A stretch of DNA of 33,881 bases from Gemmatimonadota bacterium (GTDB taxonomy: Bacteria > Gemmatimonadota > Gemmatimonadetes > Gemmatimonadales > Gemmatimonadaceae), in contig JANMLN010000019.1 in NCBI GenBank assembly GCA_031372565.1, forward strand, positions 1 through 33,881. The letters run 5' to 3'. Positions 7,466 to 16,466 of the stretch are shown here, in pieces (position 1 is the stretch's first letter; each line of letters begins with the position of its first letter). Under the pieces are notes generated by a model. It was not told the origin of the DNA and did no database searches. It saw only the letters and a program-made list of their open reading frames with translations. The translations under genes and the position numbers were made by a program.

Positions 7466-8686
7466 TTACGTGGCCTGCAGCACCTCGCGCGCCCACTCGC
7501 AGCTCGACCGATAGAGTCCGGGCACTTCGCCGAGCACGCCCATCAGGTCCGCGAGCGGCGTCGCCTGATCCCAGTCACCATCGGCGTAGTGCGCCGCGAG
7601 CTGCAAGTAGGGGGTGTACGGGCCCTGCTGGTGCAGGAGCGCACCTTCGACTTCGGGCGCAACCTTCACCGACTGCAACAACTCCGGCATCGGCACGCCG
7701 AGGATCACGTCGAACGTGCTGAGCAGCCCGGTCAGGAAGAGCGCCGGCGCCGTCGACTTGTCGCCCGAGCCTTCGGCGAGCAGTTCGCACATGCGGGCAC
7801 GCTCGAGTGCGCGGGTCACGAGTTCCGTGTCGAGCCCGTTCTTGCGCGGTGCCGAGCTGGCCAACAGGAGCGCCAGCCAGCGGTGCAGCACTTGCCGCCC
7901 CACGAGGCGAATCGCCTGGGCGATGGATTCGATGCCGGTGCCGCCCATGCTCGCCGTGTTCACGATCTTGAGCAGCTTGAGCGAGAGTCCGGGGTCCTGC
8001 CGGAACGTGCGCTCGAGCTCGCGCTCGGTCACGCGCGGGTCGAGCACCTTGTTCATCAGTTGCGCGATGGCCGCCATGGCCGGGGACAGGTCGCGCCGCT
8101 GCACGATCTCCGGGCGACTGAAATAGTATCCCTGGAAGAGCGAGAATCCGAGCTTTCGGCACATCGCGAACTGCGTGGCCGTCTCGACGCGCTCCGCCAG
8201 CAGCTTGGCGCGGTACGAGCCGAGCGTCCGGATCTGGTCATCGATGTCCTGCTCGCTGCGGCCCAGCACGTCGAGCTTGATCACGTGCGCCAGCTCGAGC
8301 AGCGGCGCGTACTCCGGACCGGATGCGAAGTCGTCGAGGGCGATGGTGAAGCCGCGCGCATGCAGCTCCTGCGCCGCCGTGATGGCATCGTCGTCGCATG
8401 GGACCGTCTCGAGCAACTCGATCACGCACCGCTTCGGGTCGAGCAGGTCGAAGTTGCGCTCGAGCAGCATCTCGACCGGAAAGTTCACCCACGCCTTCGC
8501 ATCGCCGATCAGCTCGTCGAGGCCGATGGACAGGAGGCTGTTGACGATCGTCGAGCTCGACATCTGCACGGCGTCGGCGCCATCCGCCGTCGTCGCCATG
8601 GCCGATGCCCGGTAGAGGAGCTCGTAGCCGGCGAGTTGGAGATTCTTGTCGAAGATCGGTTGGCGCGCGAGAAAGACGTCGGACAC
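7466..8686 (-). CDS. EAL and HDOD domain protein (YuxH/PdeH-like c-di-GMP phosphodiesterase)
   Basis: VFLARQPIFD, GYELLYR, WVNF, VIELLE, IALDDF, IKLD, LLAERVET, FQGYYFSRP; HDOD part QDPGLSLKLLKIVN...IESIAQAIRLVG...RARMCELLA...FLTGLLS. Confidence 0.9.
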   Translation of the reverse strand: MSDVFLARQPIFDKNLQLAGYELLYRASAMATTADGADAVQMSSSTIVNSLLSIGLDELIGDAKAWVNFPVEMLLERNFDLLDPKRCVIELLETVPCDDDAITAAQELHARGFTIALDDFASGPEYAPLLELAHVIKLDVLGRSEQDIDDQIRTLGSYRAKLLAERVETATQFAMCRKLGFSLFQGYYFSRPEIVQRRDLSPAMAAIAQLMNKVLDPRVTERELERTFRQDPGLSLKLLKIVNTASMGGTGIESIAQAIRLVGRQVLHRWLALLLASSAPRKNGLDTELVTRALERARMCELLAEGSGDKSTAPALFLTGLLSTFDVILGVPMPELLQSVKVAPEVEGALLHQQGPYTPYLQLAAHYADGDWDQATPLADLMGVLGEVPGLYRSSCEWAREVLQAT

Positions 8687-8746
8687 GGTCAGCTCCGGGG
8701 TGGCGTGGCGGGCGCCTCCCGAGATCGGAAGGCTGGTCCACCGTTC

Positions 8747-8775
8747 AGTATCGGCAGCACCGCTGTCAGACTTTC
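8747..8775 (-). promoter_or_regulatory. Putative sigma28 (FliA) promoter for the EAL-HDOD gene
   Basis: Minus strand GAAAGTCT-N12-GCCGATACT, 60 nt upstream of the GTG start; same -10 nonamer and spacing as the motA site. Confidence 0.6.
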
Positions 8776-8808
8776 CCGGCGCTGGTCCCTGTGACAGACT
8801 GGCAGGTC

Positions 8809-10098
8809 ATGACACGCCCTGCTTCGCCGCCGCCCGCGGCCACCGCCGCCAACTCCTCGTTCGTCGAGTCCCAGGGCCAGGCAGCCAGCCTGCGCGCCGT
8901 CCTCCCGCTCATCCTGGTGGCGGGGCTCGGCTACATGGTGGACGTCTTCGACATGCTGCTCTTCAGTATCGTCCGCGTGCCCAGCCTGGCGAGCCTCGGC
9001 GTCACTGGTGAGCAGGCGCTCGCCGTGGGTGCGCGCCTGCTCAACCTGCAGCTGGTCGGAGCGCTGGTCGGCGGCATCGCCTGGGGGATGCTCGGCGACA
9101 AGCGTGGGCGGCTCTCGGTGCTCTTCGGGTCCATTCTGCTGTACAGTGCGGCGACGCTCGCCAACGGTTTTGTCCAGTCGATCGAGGCGTTCGCGGTGCT
9201 CCGGTTCATCGCCGGCTTCGGCCTCGCTGGCGAGTTGGGCGCGGGGCTCACGCTGATCGTCGAAGCCATGCCGATCGCCTCGCGCGGGACGGCCACGGCG
9301 ATCGTGGCGGCGCTGGGCGTCAGCGGTGCCGTGCTCGCCGCACTCGCGGGAGAGTGGATCGACTGGCGGGGCTGCTTCATTCTGGGTGGCAGCATGGGAT
9401 TCGTGCTGCTCGTCCTTCGGTTCGGCGTCCACGAGTCGGGGATGTTCCGGAGCGTCCGGGCATCGGGCGGCGAGCGCGGCAACATCCTCCGGCTGTTCGA
9501 CAACCGCGACCGCTTCCTCCGCTGGATCCGCAGCGTCCTCATCGGCGTGCCGATCTGGTTCTCCGTCGGCATCCTCGTGACCTTCTCGCCGGAACTGGCA
9601 CGCGCCCTGGGGATCACCGAGACCGTCGTGCCCGGGCGGATGGTGTTGTTCCACTATGTGGCCACCACCTTTGGCGATGTGGCCAGCGGACTCCTCTCGC
9701 AACGGCTCCGGTCGCGACGCGCCGCCGCCGCGATCTTCATCGGGATCACCGCGGCCGGGGCTGTCGCCTACCTCGCGGGTCTCGCTCACACCGCCTTCGG
9801 GCTCTACCTGCTCTCGGGCTGGATGGGCATCGGGACCGGCTACTGGGCGGTCACCAACACCATGGCGGTCGAGCAGTTCGGCACCGATCTGCGCGCCACC
9901 GTTGGCACCAGCGTGCCGAATCTCATTCGCGGTGCCGCCGTCCCGATGAGCCTCACCTTCATCAACCTCAAGGGGACACTCGGCACGGTCGGTGCCGCGG
10001 CTGCCGTTGGCGTCGTGGCGTTCACGCTCTCGGCATGGGCACTGGCCACGCAACCCGAGACGTACGGAAAGGATCTCGACTATCGCGAACTGTCCTGA
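8809..10098 (+). CDS. MFS transporter (aromatic acid/metabolite:H+ symporter-like)
   Basis: About 12 hydrophobic segments; LGYMVDVFD, motif A WGMLGDKRGR, LRFIAGFGLAGE, EQFGTDLRAT, PETYGKDL. Start set at ATG 8809. Confidence 0.9.
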   Translation: MTRPASPPPAATAANSSFVESQGQAASLRAVLPLILVAGLGYMVDVFDMLLFSIVRVPSLASLGVTGEQALAVGARLLNLQLVGALVGGIAWGMLGDKRGRLSVLFGSILLYSAATLANGFVQSIEAFAVLRFIAGFGLAGELGAGLTLIVEAMPIASRGTATAIVAALGVSGAVLAALAGEWIDWRGCFILGGSMGFVLLVLRFGVHESGMFRSVRASGGERGNILRLFDNRDRFLRWIRSVLIGVPIWFSVGILVTFSPELARALGITETVVPGRMVLFHYVATTFGDVASGLLSQRLRSRRAAAAIFIGITAAGAVAYLAGLAHTAFGLYLLSGWMGIGTGYWAVTNTMAVEQFGTDLRATVGTSVPNLIRGAAVPMSLTFINLKGTLGTVGAAAAVGVVAFTLSAWALATQPETYGKDLDYRELS

Positions 10099-10179
10099 GC
10101 GCGTCAGCGTTCACGCTGGGCCGAACGTTCTCTCTGTGCGCTCCGTGCGCGCGCTGCCTCATCCCCTGCTCCCATCGTC

Positions 10180-13044
10180 ATGCGTTGCTTGCTGACCGTC
10201 GTTGCCGCCTGTACATCCGCCACCCTCGCGTTCGCGCAGGGCGGGCCGAAGAAGCCCATCACGCAGGAGAGCTACGACCTCTGGCGTACCATCGGTGGCA
10301 CGACGGTCTCCGCCGACGGCGGATGGGTGGCCTTCACGCAATCGCCCGTGGTCGGCAATGGCGAGCTGGTCGTGCGCGCACTCCGTGGTGCGGCCGAGTT
10401 CCGCGTGGCACGCGGCTACACCGGACGCGAGCAGCTCGCGCCGAACGCGGACTCGACGACCCTGTTCACCGCAGCGGCCCCAGTGTTCGCAGGGGACGGC
10501 CGCACCGTGGCGGCGCTTGTCTACCCCATGCGCGATGCCGTCGACAAGGCGCGGCGTGCCCGCGTGCGGCCCGCCGACCAGCCGCGTGCGTCGCTCGCCA
10601 TCATCTCGCTGCCCGAGGGAAAGGTCGTGCAGGTGCCCCGCGTGCGCTCGTTCCGGATGGCGCGCAACGGTGGCGCGTGGATGGCGTACTTGCTCGAGGC
10701 CGACTCCGGCACCCAAGCAACGCCGGCGGGACGCGCGCCGCGTCCGGACTCCGCCGAGAAGCGCAAGGAGTCCGGCACGACGCTTGTCCTGCGAGCGCTC
10801 GGCACGGGCGCCGAGGAGCGGATTGACAACGTCACCCTCTATGCCATCGACGACAACGAGAAGTCGCTCTCGTACGCGGTGTCCAGCAAGGATGGTGCGA
10901 CCGACGGTGTCTACGTGCGTACGCTCAGCGCGAGCGTGGCGGCACCTGTGGTCGCGGTCGCAACGGGAAAGGGGAACTACAAGGGACTCGCCGTCGACCG
11001 GAAGGGAACGCAGCTCGCCTTCACGAGTGATCGTGACGACTACGCTGCGCCCAAGCCCAAGTACGCGCTGTTCCATTCTGCGCTCGGCACGACTCCGCAG
11101 CAGGCGCAGGTCGTCGCCACCGCCAGCGCGCTGCCCGCGGGCCTCCTGGTGGCCGACCGTGGCGGCCCCGCGTTCACGCGCGAGGGCAGCGCGCTCACCT
11201 TCGGCATGATGACGCCGCCGCTCGACTCGATCCCCGCCGATTCGCTCGCCGAGAAAGCGGTGTACGACCTCTGGAACTGGCGCGACGACCGCTTGCAGCC
11301 GCAGCAGAAGCTCGAGCTCGCGCGCGATCGCAACCGGACCTTCACCGCGGTCTACCAGCCCGCCACCAAGCGCGTGGTGCCGCTCGGCGCCGACTCGCTA
11401 CCGCAAGTCACCGTGAGCGACGACGGCAAGGTGGCACTCGCCGTGACCGACGTGCCGTATCGCATCGAAGCCATGTGGGCGCAGAACGAAGCAGGGTCGG
11501 ACGTCTGGCTCATCGACGCAACCAGCGGCACACGCCGCAAGGTGGCGAGCAAGGTGCCCTTCCGCGCGACGCTCTCCCCCGGTGCACGCTATGCCCTCTG
11601 GTACCACGATCATCGCTGGTGGGCGCACGACGTGAAGGGTGCCGTCACGCGCGACCTCACGGGCAGCATCCGCAGCGCGTCGTTCGAGCAGGAAACCTGG
11701 GACACGCCGTCGCTCCCGCAGCCGTGGGGCGTGGGCGGTTGGACCACGGGCGACCAGCGCGTGCTGCTGTACGACCGCTGGGACGTGTGGGAGGTCGATC
11801 CAGCCGGTGCGGTGGCACCCAAGCGGCTCACCGACGGCGCGGGTCGCGATCGCATGACGCAGTTTCGCGTCGTCCGGCTCGACACCGACGAGCCAGCGCT
11901 CGATCCCGCGCAGCCGCTCGTACTCGCGGCGTTGGATGATTCCACCAAGAACTCCGGCTTCTGGACCGATCGGATTGGTGGGTCCGAACGGCCGATGCCG
12001 ATCGTGATGAGCGCACACCGGTACGGTGCGCCGATCAAGGCGCGCAAGTCGGGCCAGCTGGTGATCACGCGCCAGAGCTATCGCGAGTTCGGCGACCTCT
12101 ACACCGGCGCGTCGCTTGATCGCCTCACGCGAATCTCCGACGCCAATCCGCAGCAGGCCGAGTATCCGTGGGGCAACGTGCAGCTCGTGAGTTGGCGCTC
12201 GTCCGACAACGTGCCGCTGCGCGGGCTGCTCTACACCCCCGAAGGGTTCGACCCCACCAAGCAGTACCCCATGCTGGTGTACTTCTACGAGGAGCACACC
12301 AACGACCTGCGCGCCTACGTCGCGCCGGGCGGACGCAACACGATCAACCCGACGACCTACACGTCACTCGGCTATCTCGTGTTCATGCCCGACATCCACT
12401 ACATCGACGGCTATCCGGGGCCGAGTGCGCTCAAGTCGATCGTACCCGGCGTCCAATCGCTGATTGCCAAGGGGTTCGTGAACCCCAGGCAGATCGGGAT
12501 TGGCGGGCAGAGCTGGGGCGGTTACCAGACCGCGTACATCGTGACGCAGACGTCGCTCTTCGCGGCCGCGGTGCCCAATGCCACTGTGGCCAACATGACC
12601 AGCGCATATGGCGGCATCCGGTGGGAGTCCGGCATCGCGCGCGCCTTCCAGTACGAGAAGTCGCAGAGCCGCCTGGGCTGCTCCCTCTGGCAGTGTCGCG
12701 ACCGGTTCATCGAGAACTCGCCCCTCTTCTCGGCTGATCGGATCACGACGCCACTCCTGTTCATGGCCAACGACGCCGACGGCGCGGTTCCGTGGTATCA
12801 GGGGATCGAGTTCTTCGTGGCGCTCCGCCGGCTTGGCAAGGAGGCGTATCTCGTGAACTACAACGGCGACGCGCACAATCCGACCAAGCGAGCCAACCAG
12901 AAGGACGTGGACCGCAAGATGCAGGAGTTCTTTGCCCACCACCTGCTCGGTGCCCCGGCCCCGGGCTGGATGACGCGCGGGATTCCCACCATCCAGAAGG
13001 GGCGTGATCAGGTCAGGATGGCGGGCGACCGCGACACGCCGTAG
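10180..13044 (+). CDS. Secreted S9 family (prolyl oligopeptidase-like) serine peptidase
   Basis: Signal peptide, propeller-like N-terminus, GLLYTPEGFDPTKQYPMLVYFYE, nucleophile motif GQSWGGY, acid DADGAVP, His NGDAHN. Confidence 0.9.
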   Translation: MRCLLTVVAACTSATLAFAQGGPKKPITQESYDLWRTIGGTTVSADGGWVAFTQSPVVGNGELVVRALRGAAEFRVARGYTGREQLAPNADSTTLFTAAAPVFAGDGRTVAALVYPMRDAVDKARRARVRPADQPRASLAIISLPEGKVVQVPRVRSFRMARNGGAWMAYLLEADSGTQATPAGRAPRPDSAEKRKESGTTLVLRALGTGAEERIDNVTLYAIDDNEKSLSYAVSSKDGATDGVYVRTLSASVAAPVVAVATGKGNYKGLAVDRKGTQLAFTSDRDDYAAPKPKYALFHSALGTTPQQAQVVATASALPAGLLVADRGGPAFTREGSALTFGMMTPPLDSIPADSLAEKAVYDLWNWRDDRLQPQQKLELARDRNRTFTAVYQPATKRVVPLGADSLPQVTVSDDGKVALAVTDVPYRIEAMWAQNEAGSDVWLIDATSGTRRKVASKVPFRATLSPGARYALWYHDHRWWAHDVKGAVTRDLTGSIRSASFEQETWDTPSLPQPWGVGGWTTGDQRVLLYDRWDVWEVDPAGAVAPKRLTDGAGRDRMTQFRVVRLDTDEPALDPAQPLVLAALDDSTKNSGFWTDRIGGSERPMPIVMSAHRYGAPIKARKSGQLVITRQSYREFGDLYTGASLDRLTRISDANPQQAEYPWGNVQLVSWRSSDNVPLRGLLYTPEGFDPTKQYPMLVYFYEEHTNDLRAYVAPGGRNTINPTTYTSLGYLVFMPDIHYIDGYPGPSALKSIVPGVQSLIAKGFVNPRQIGIGGQSWGGYQTAYIVTQTSLFAAAVPNATVANMTSAYGGIRWESGIARAFQYEKSQSRLGCSLWQCRDRFIENSPLFSADRITTPLLFMANDADGAVPWYQGIEFFVALRRLGKEAYLVNYNGDAHNPTKRANQKDVDRKMQEFFAHHLLGAPAPGWMTRGIPTIQKGRDQVRMAGDRDTP

Positions 13045-13061
13045 CGTAGTGCAGGCTGGAT

Positions 13062-13121
13062 GTCGGTCGTGCGCCCCGCCTGGGCTTCCCGGTGGGGCGC
13101 ACGACGTTGGACCGACCCTTT
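13062..13121 (+). terminator. Strong intergenic hairpin after the S9 peptidase gene
   Basis: GTCGTGCGCCCCGCC (13066-13080) pairs with GGTGGGGCGCACGAC (13091-13105; one G-U pair); short T-run at 13119-13122. Confidence 0.5.
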
Positions 13122-13138
13122 TCGAGACGAACACACGC

Positions 13139-16100
13139 ATGCGCCCTGTCGACCGATTGTCCGCTGACTCGCTCGTCCGCTCTACGCGCGCGACGCCGAT
13201 CGTTTCCCTGGCGACGACGCGCCGTGCGCGCGCCGCCGCAGCGCTTGCTGCGCTCGTGGTGCTGACGCCGTTGGCGGCAACCGCGCAATCGCGCGGACGA
13301 ACCGCCTCGACGCCTCCCGCCGGCATCGCACTCGACTCCACGCACGTCCGCGGCGTCGAGTGGCGCAACATCGGCCCGTTCCGCGGCGGTCGAGCGACGG
13401 CGGTGGCCGGCATTCCGGGCGACATCCTCACGTACTACTTCGGCGCCACGGGCGGCGGACTCTGGAAGACCGACGATGCCGGCCTCAACTGGCGGAATGT
13501 CTCCGATGGATGGTTCAAGACAGGCTCGGTCGGAGCCATCGGCATTGCCCCCACCAATCCGCGCGTGCTGTACGTGGGCATGGGCGAAGCGCCGGTGCGT
13601 GGCGTGTCGAGCTCCGAGGGTGACGGCGTCTACAAGAGCACCGACGGTGGGAAGCGCTGGACCCACCTCGGCCTCGAGAAGACCAAGACGATCTCGCGCG
13701 TCATCGTGCACCCGCAGGACGAGAACACGGTCTATGTGGCTGCGCTGGGCACGCGCTGGGCGCCGTCGACCGATCGTGGCATCTACAAGACCACCGATGG
13801 CGGCAAGTCGTGGAAGAAGATCTTCTATGTCGATTCGCTGTCGGGCCCGGTCGAACTCTCGATGGATCTCACCAATCCGCGCGTTTTGTACACCGCGAGC
13901 TGGGATCACCAGCGGCTCCCGTGGAAGGTGCGGTCCGGCGGCCCGGGCTCCGGGCTGTGGAAGTCGGTCGATGGCGGCGAGACGTGGACGCGGCTCGGCA
14001 AGGGGCTCCCCAAACTCATGGGCAAGTCATCGATCGCGGTGTCGCCGGCCAACCCCGAGCGCGTCTTTGCCATGATCGAAGCGGAGGAGGGCGGCTTGTT
14101 CCGCTCCGACGATGCGGGCGACTCGTGGACGAAGCTCAACGACGACCGGCTGCTGCGCGCGCGCGCCTGGTACTACATCCACCTGATCGCGGACCCCAAG
14201 GACCCCGAGCGGGTGTTCGTGCTCAACTCGCCGATCACCAAGTCGACCGACGGTGGCAAGACCTTTGCCGTGGTGCCCGTGCCGCACGGCGACAATCATG
14301 CGCTCTGGATCAACCCGAACGACACGCGCATCTGGATGAGCGCGGACGATGGCGGTGGCCACGTGACGATGAACGACGGCAAGAGCTGGAGCACGCAGTA
14401 CAACCAGCCCACGGCGCAGTTCTATCGCGTGAACACCGATGCGCTCTTTCCGTACAACGTCTACGGGGGGCAGCAGGACAACAGCTCCATTCGCACCGCA
14501 AGCCGTACCACGCGCAGCGGCATCGGTGAGCGCGACTGGACCGATGCCGGGGGCTGTGAATCGGCGGTGCCCGCCTTCGATCCGCAGAACCCGGTCAAGG
14601 TGTACTCCAACTGCTATCAGGGGATCATCACCGAGAAGGACATGGTCCTCGGGCGCGAGCGCTCGATTCAACCGTATGCGGCCAATCAGCTGTCGATGCC
14701 GAGCGACCTGCAGAAGTACCGCTTCAACTGGGCGGCTCCGGTGTCCACGAGCCCGGTGGACCGCAAGGTGCTCTACTTCGGCGGCAACGTGCTGTTTCGG
14801 TCAACCGACGGTGGCACCAACTGGCAGCCGATGAGCCCCGACCTCACGCGCAACGAGAAGGACAAGCAGGGCCTTGGCGGCGGTCCCATCACCAACGAAG
14901 GCGCCGGCGGCGAGGTCTACAACACGATCTACTGGATCGCGCCGTCGCCGCACGACATCAAGGTCACCTATGTCGGTACCGACGACGGCCTCGTGCAGAT
15001 CACGCGAGATGGCGGCGCCACCTGGACCGACATCACCCCCAAGGGCGTCGGGCCTGCGCTCACGTACGTCGTGGAGGTCTCGCCGCACGACCCGGCCAAG
15101 GCGTACGCGGTGCTGACGCGCTACAAGTACGCCGACGAAGCGCCCTACGTCTTCCGTACCTCGGACTACGGCAAGAGCTGGACGAAGATCACGACCGGCA
15201 TTCCCGTCGACTTGATCACGCGTGCCGTGCGCGAAGACCCGGTGCGTCGCGGCCTGTTGTATGCCGGCACTGAGCGCGGTGTCTACATCTCGTTCGATGA
15301 TGGCGCGCGCTGGCAGCCGCTGCCGGCCACCTTTCCCGCCGTGCCGGTCACCGACCTGCAAGTGCGCGACAACGACCTCGTCGTGTCCACCGAAGGGCGC
15401 GCCTTCTGGATTCTCGACGATCTGTCCGCGCTGCAGCAGATGAACGAACAGACCATCTCGGCCGCCGTGCATCTCTATGCGCCGCGCAAGACGATCTACG
15501 TGCCCGGCGGCGGCTTCGGCATCGAGTACCAGCCCGGCAAGAACCCGTACAATGGCGCGCAGCTCTTCTTCCACCTGGCAAAGCTGCCAGACTCCACCGC
15601 CGCGGTCCGACTCGACATCATCGACGGGGCGGGGAAGCTCGTCCGTACCTTCCACACGCAGCCAGGCGTCGACTCGCTCACGCGAGCGGCGGGCTCATCC
15701 CCCTACAGCAAGCTCGAACCCAAGGCGGGCCTCAACCGCGTGCAGTGGGACCTGCGCAGTGAGCCGCTGCGCGTCGTGCCCGGCATGTTCAACGACTTCC
15801 CGAGCGACGGTTACGTCGTGCCGCCCGGTACCTACACCGTGCGACTCACCGCCGTCGGTCAGTCGCTCGAGCAGAAGCTCGTCGTGGCGCCTGATCCGCG
15901 CATGACGGTCGCCGCGGCAGACCAACGCGACGGCGAGGCCGTCACGAAGGCGCTCTACGACCGCGTCAACGAGATGGTCGATGCCGTCGTGTCCATCCGC
16001 GAGGTGCGCACGCAGGTGGGTGAGCGCGGACAGCGCGTGGCCCGCGAACCCAACGGCGCCGAGATCCTGACCGCGGGGAAGGCGCTCACGGGCGCACTCA

Positions 16101-16405
16101 CCGCCGCCGAAACGACGCTCGTGCAGCCCAAGTGGAAGACCTTCCAGGATGTCGTGAACTTCACTCCCAAGCTCATGAGTCAGGTGGGCTTCGCCTTCCG
16201 CACCGCCGAAGGGGCCGAAGGTCCCGTCACGAGTGGCCTGCGCCTGCGCGTCACCGACCTCGAGGTCGAATGGCAGGCCGCGCGCAAGGAGATTGATCGG
16301 ATCTTCGATCAGGAACTCGCCAAGTTCAACGAGCTCTTTGCCCGCGCCAAGATTCCGCACGTCGTCGTGCCGCGACGAGGCAAGCCGGCGGGCGTGGTCC
16401 CCTGA
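13139..16405 (+). CDS. Large secreted BNR/Asp-box repeat (VPS10/sortilin-like, glycosyl hydrolase-annotated) beta-propeller protein
   Basis: WRNIGPFRGGR, many Asp-boxes (KTDDAGLNW, KSTDGGKRW, KTTDGGKSW, RSDDAGDSW, RSTDGGTNW, ITRDGGATW), YGGQQDNS, GLNRVQWDLR and a C-terminal helical region. The start is approximate. Confidence 0.85.
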   Translation: MRPVDRLSADSLVRSTRATPIVSLATTRRARAAAALAALVVLTPLAATAQSRGRTASTPPAGIALDSTHVRGVEWRNIGPFRGGRATAVAGIPGDILTYYFGATGGGLWKTDDAGLNWRNVSDGWFKTGSVGAIGIAPTNPRVLYVGMGEAPVRGVSSSEGDGVYKSTDGGKRWTHLGLEKTKTISRVIVHPQDENTVYVAALGTRWAPSTDRGIYKTTDGGKSWKKIFYVDSLSGPVELSMDLTNPRVLYTASWDHQRLPWKVRSGGPGSGLWKSVDGGETWTRLGKGLPKLMGKSSIAVSPANPERVFAMIEAEEGGLFRSDDAGDSWTKLNDDRLLRARAWYYIHLIADPKDPERVFVLNSPITKSTDGGKTFAVVPVPHGDNHALWINPNDTRIWMSADDGGGHVTMNDGKSWSTQYNQPTAQFYRVNTDALFPYNVYGGQQDNSSIRTASRTTRSGIGERDWTDAGGCESAVPAFDPQNPVKVYSNCYQGIITEKDMVLGRERSIQPYAANQLSMPSDLQKYRFNWAAPVSTSPVDRKVLYFGGNVLFRSTDGGTNWQPMSPDLTRNEKDKQGLGGGPITNEGAGGEVYNTIYWIAPSPHDIKVTYVGTDDGLVQITRDGGATWTDITPKGVGPALTYVVEVSPHDPAKAYAVLTRYKYADEAPYVFRTSDYGKSWTKITTGIPVDLITRAVREDPVRRGLLYAGTERGVYISFDDGARWQPLPATFPAVPVTDLQVRDNDLVVSTEGRAFWILDDLSALQQMNEQTISAAVHLYAPRKTIYVPGGGFGIEYQPGKNPYNGAQLFFHLAKLPDSTAAVRLDIIDGAGKLVRTFHTQPGVDSLTRAAGSSPYSKLEPKAGLNRVQWDLRSEPLRVVPGMFNDFPSDGYVVPPGTYTVRLTAVGQSLEQKLVVAPDPRMTVAAADQRDGEAVTKALYDRVNEMVDAVVSIREVRTQVGERGQRVAREPNGAEILTAGKALTGALTAAETTLVQPKWKTFQDVVNFTPKLMSQVGFAFRTAEGAEGPVTSGLRLRVTDLEVEWQAARKEIDRIFDQELAKFNELFARAKIPHVVVPRRGKPAGVVP

Positions 16406-16466
16406 TCGTGCGAGCTGGCGCACCGGGCATTCCCGCTGTGCGTCGCCTCCGCGGGCACCTCGACCG

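Noticed and set aside
7257..7496. 79-aa ORF with a duplicated VVLSAAKDLL
   Set aside because: It is simply the translation of two REP copies, with no support for a real peptide.
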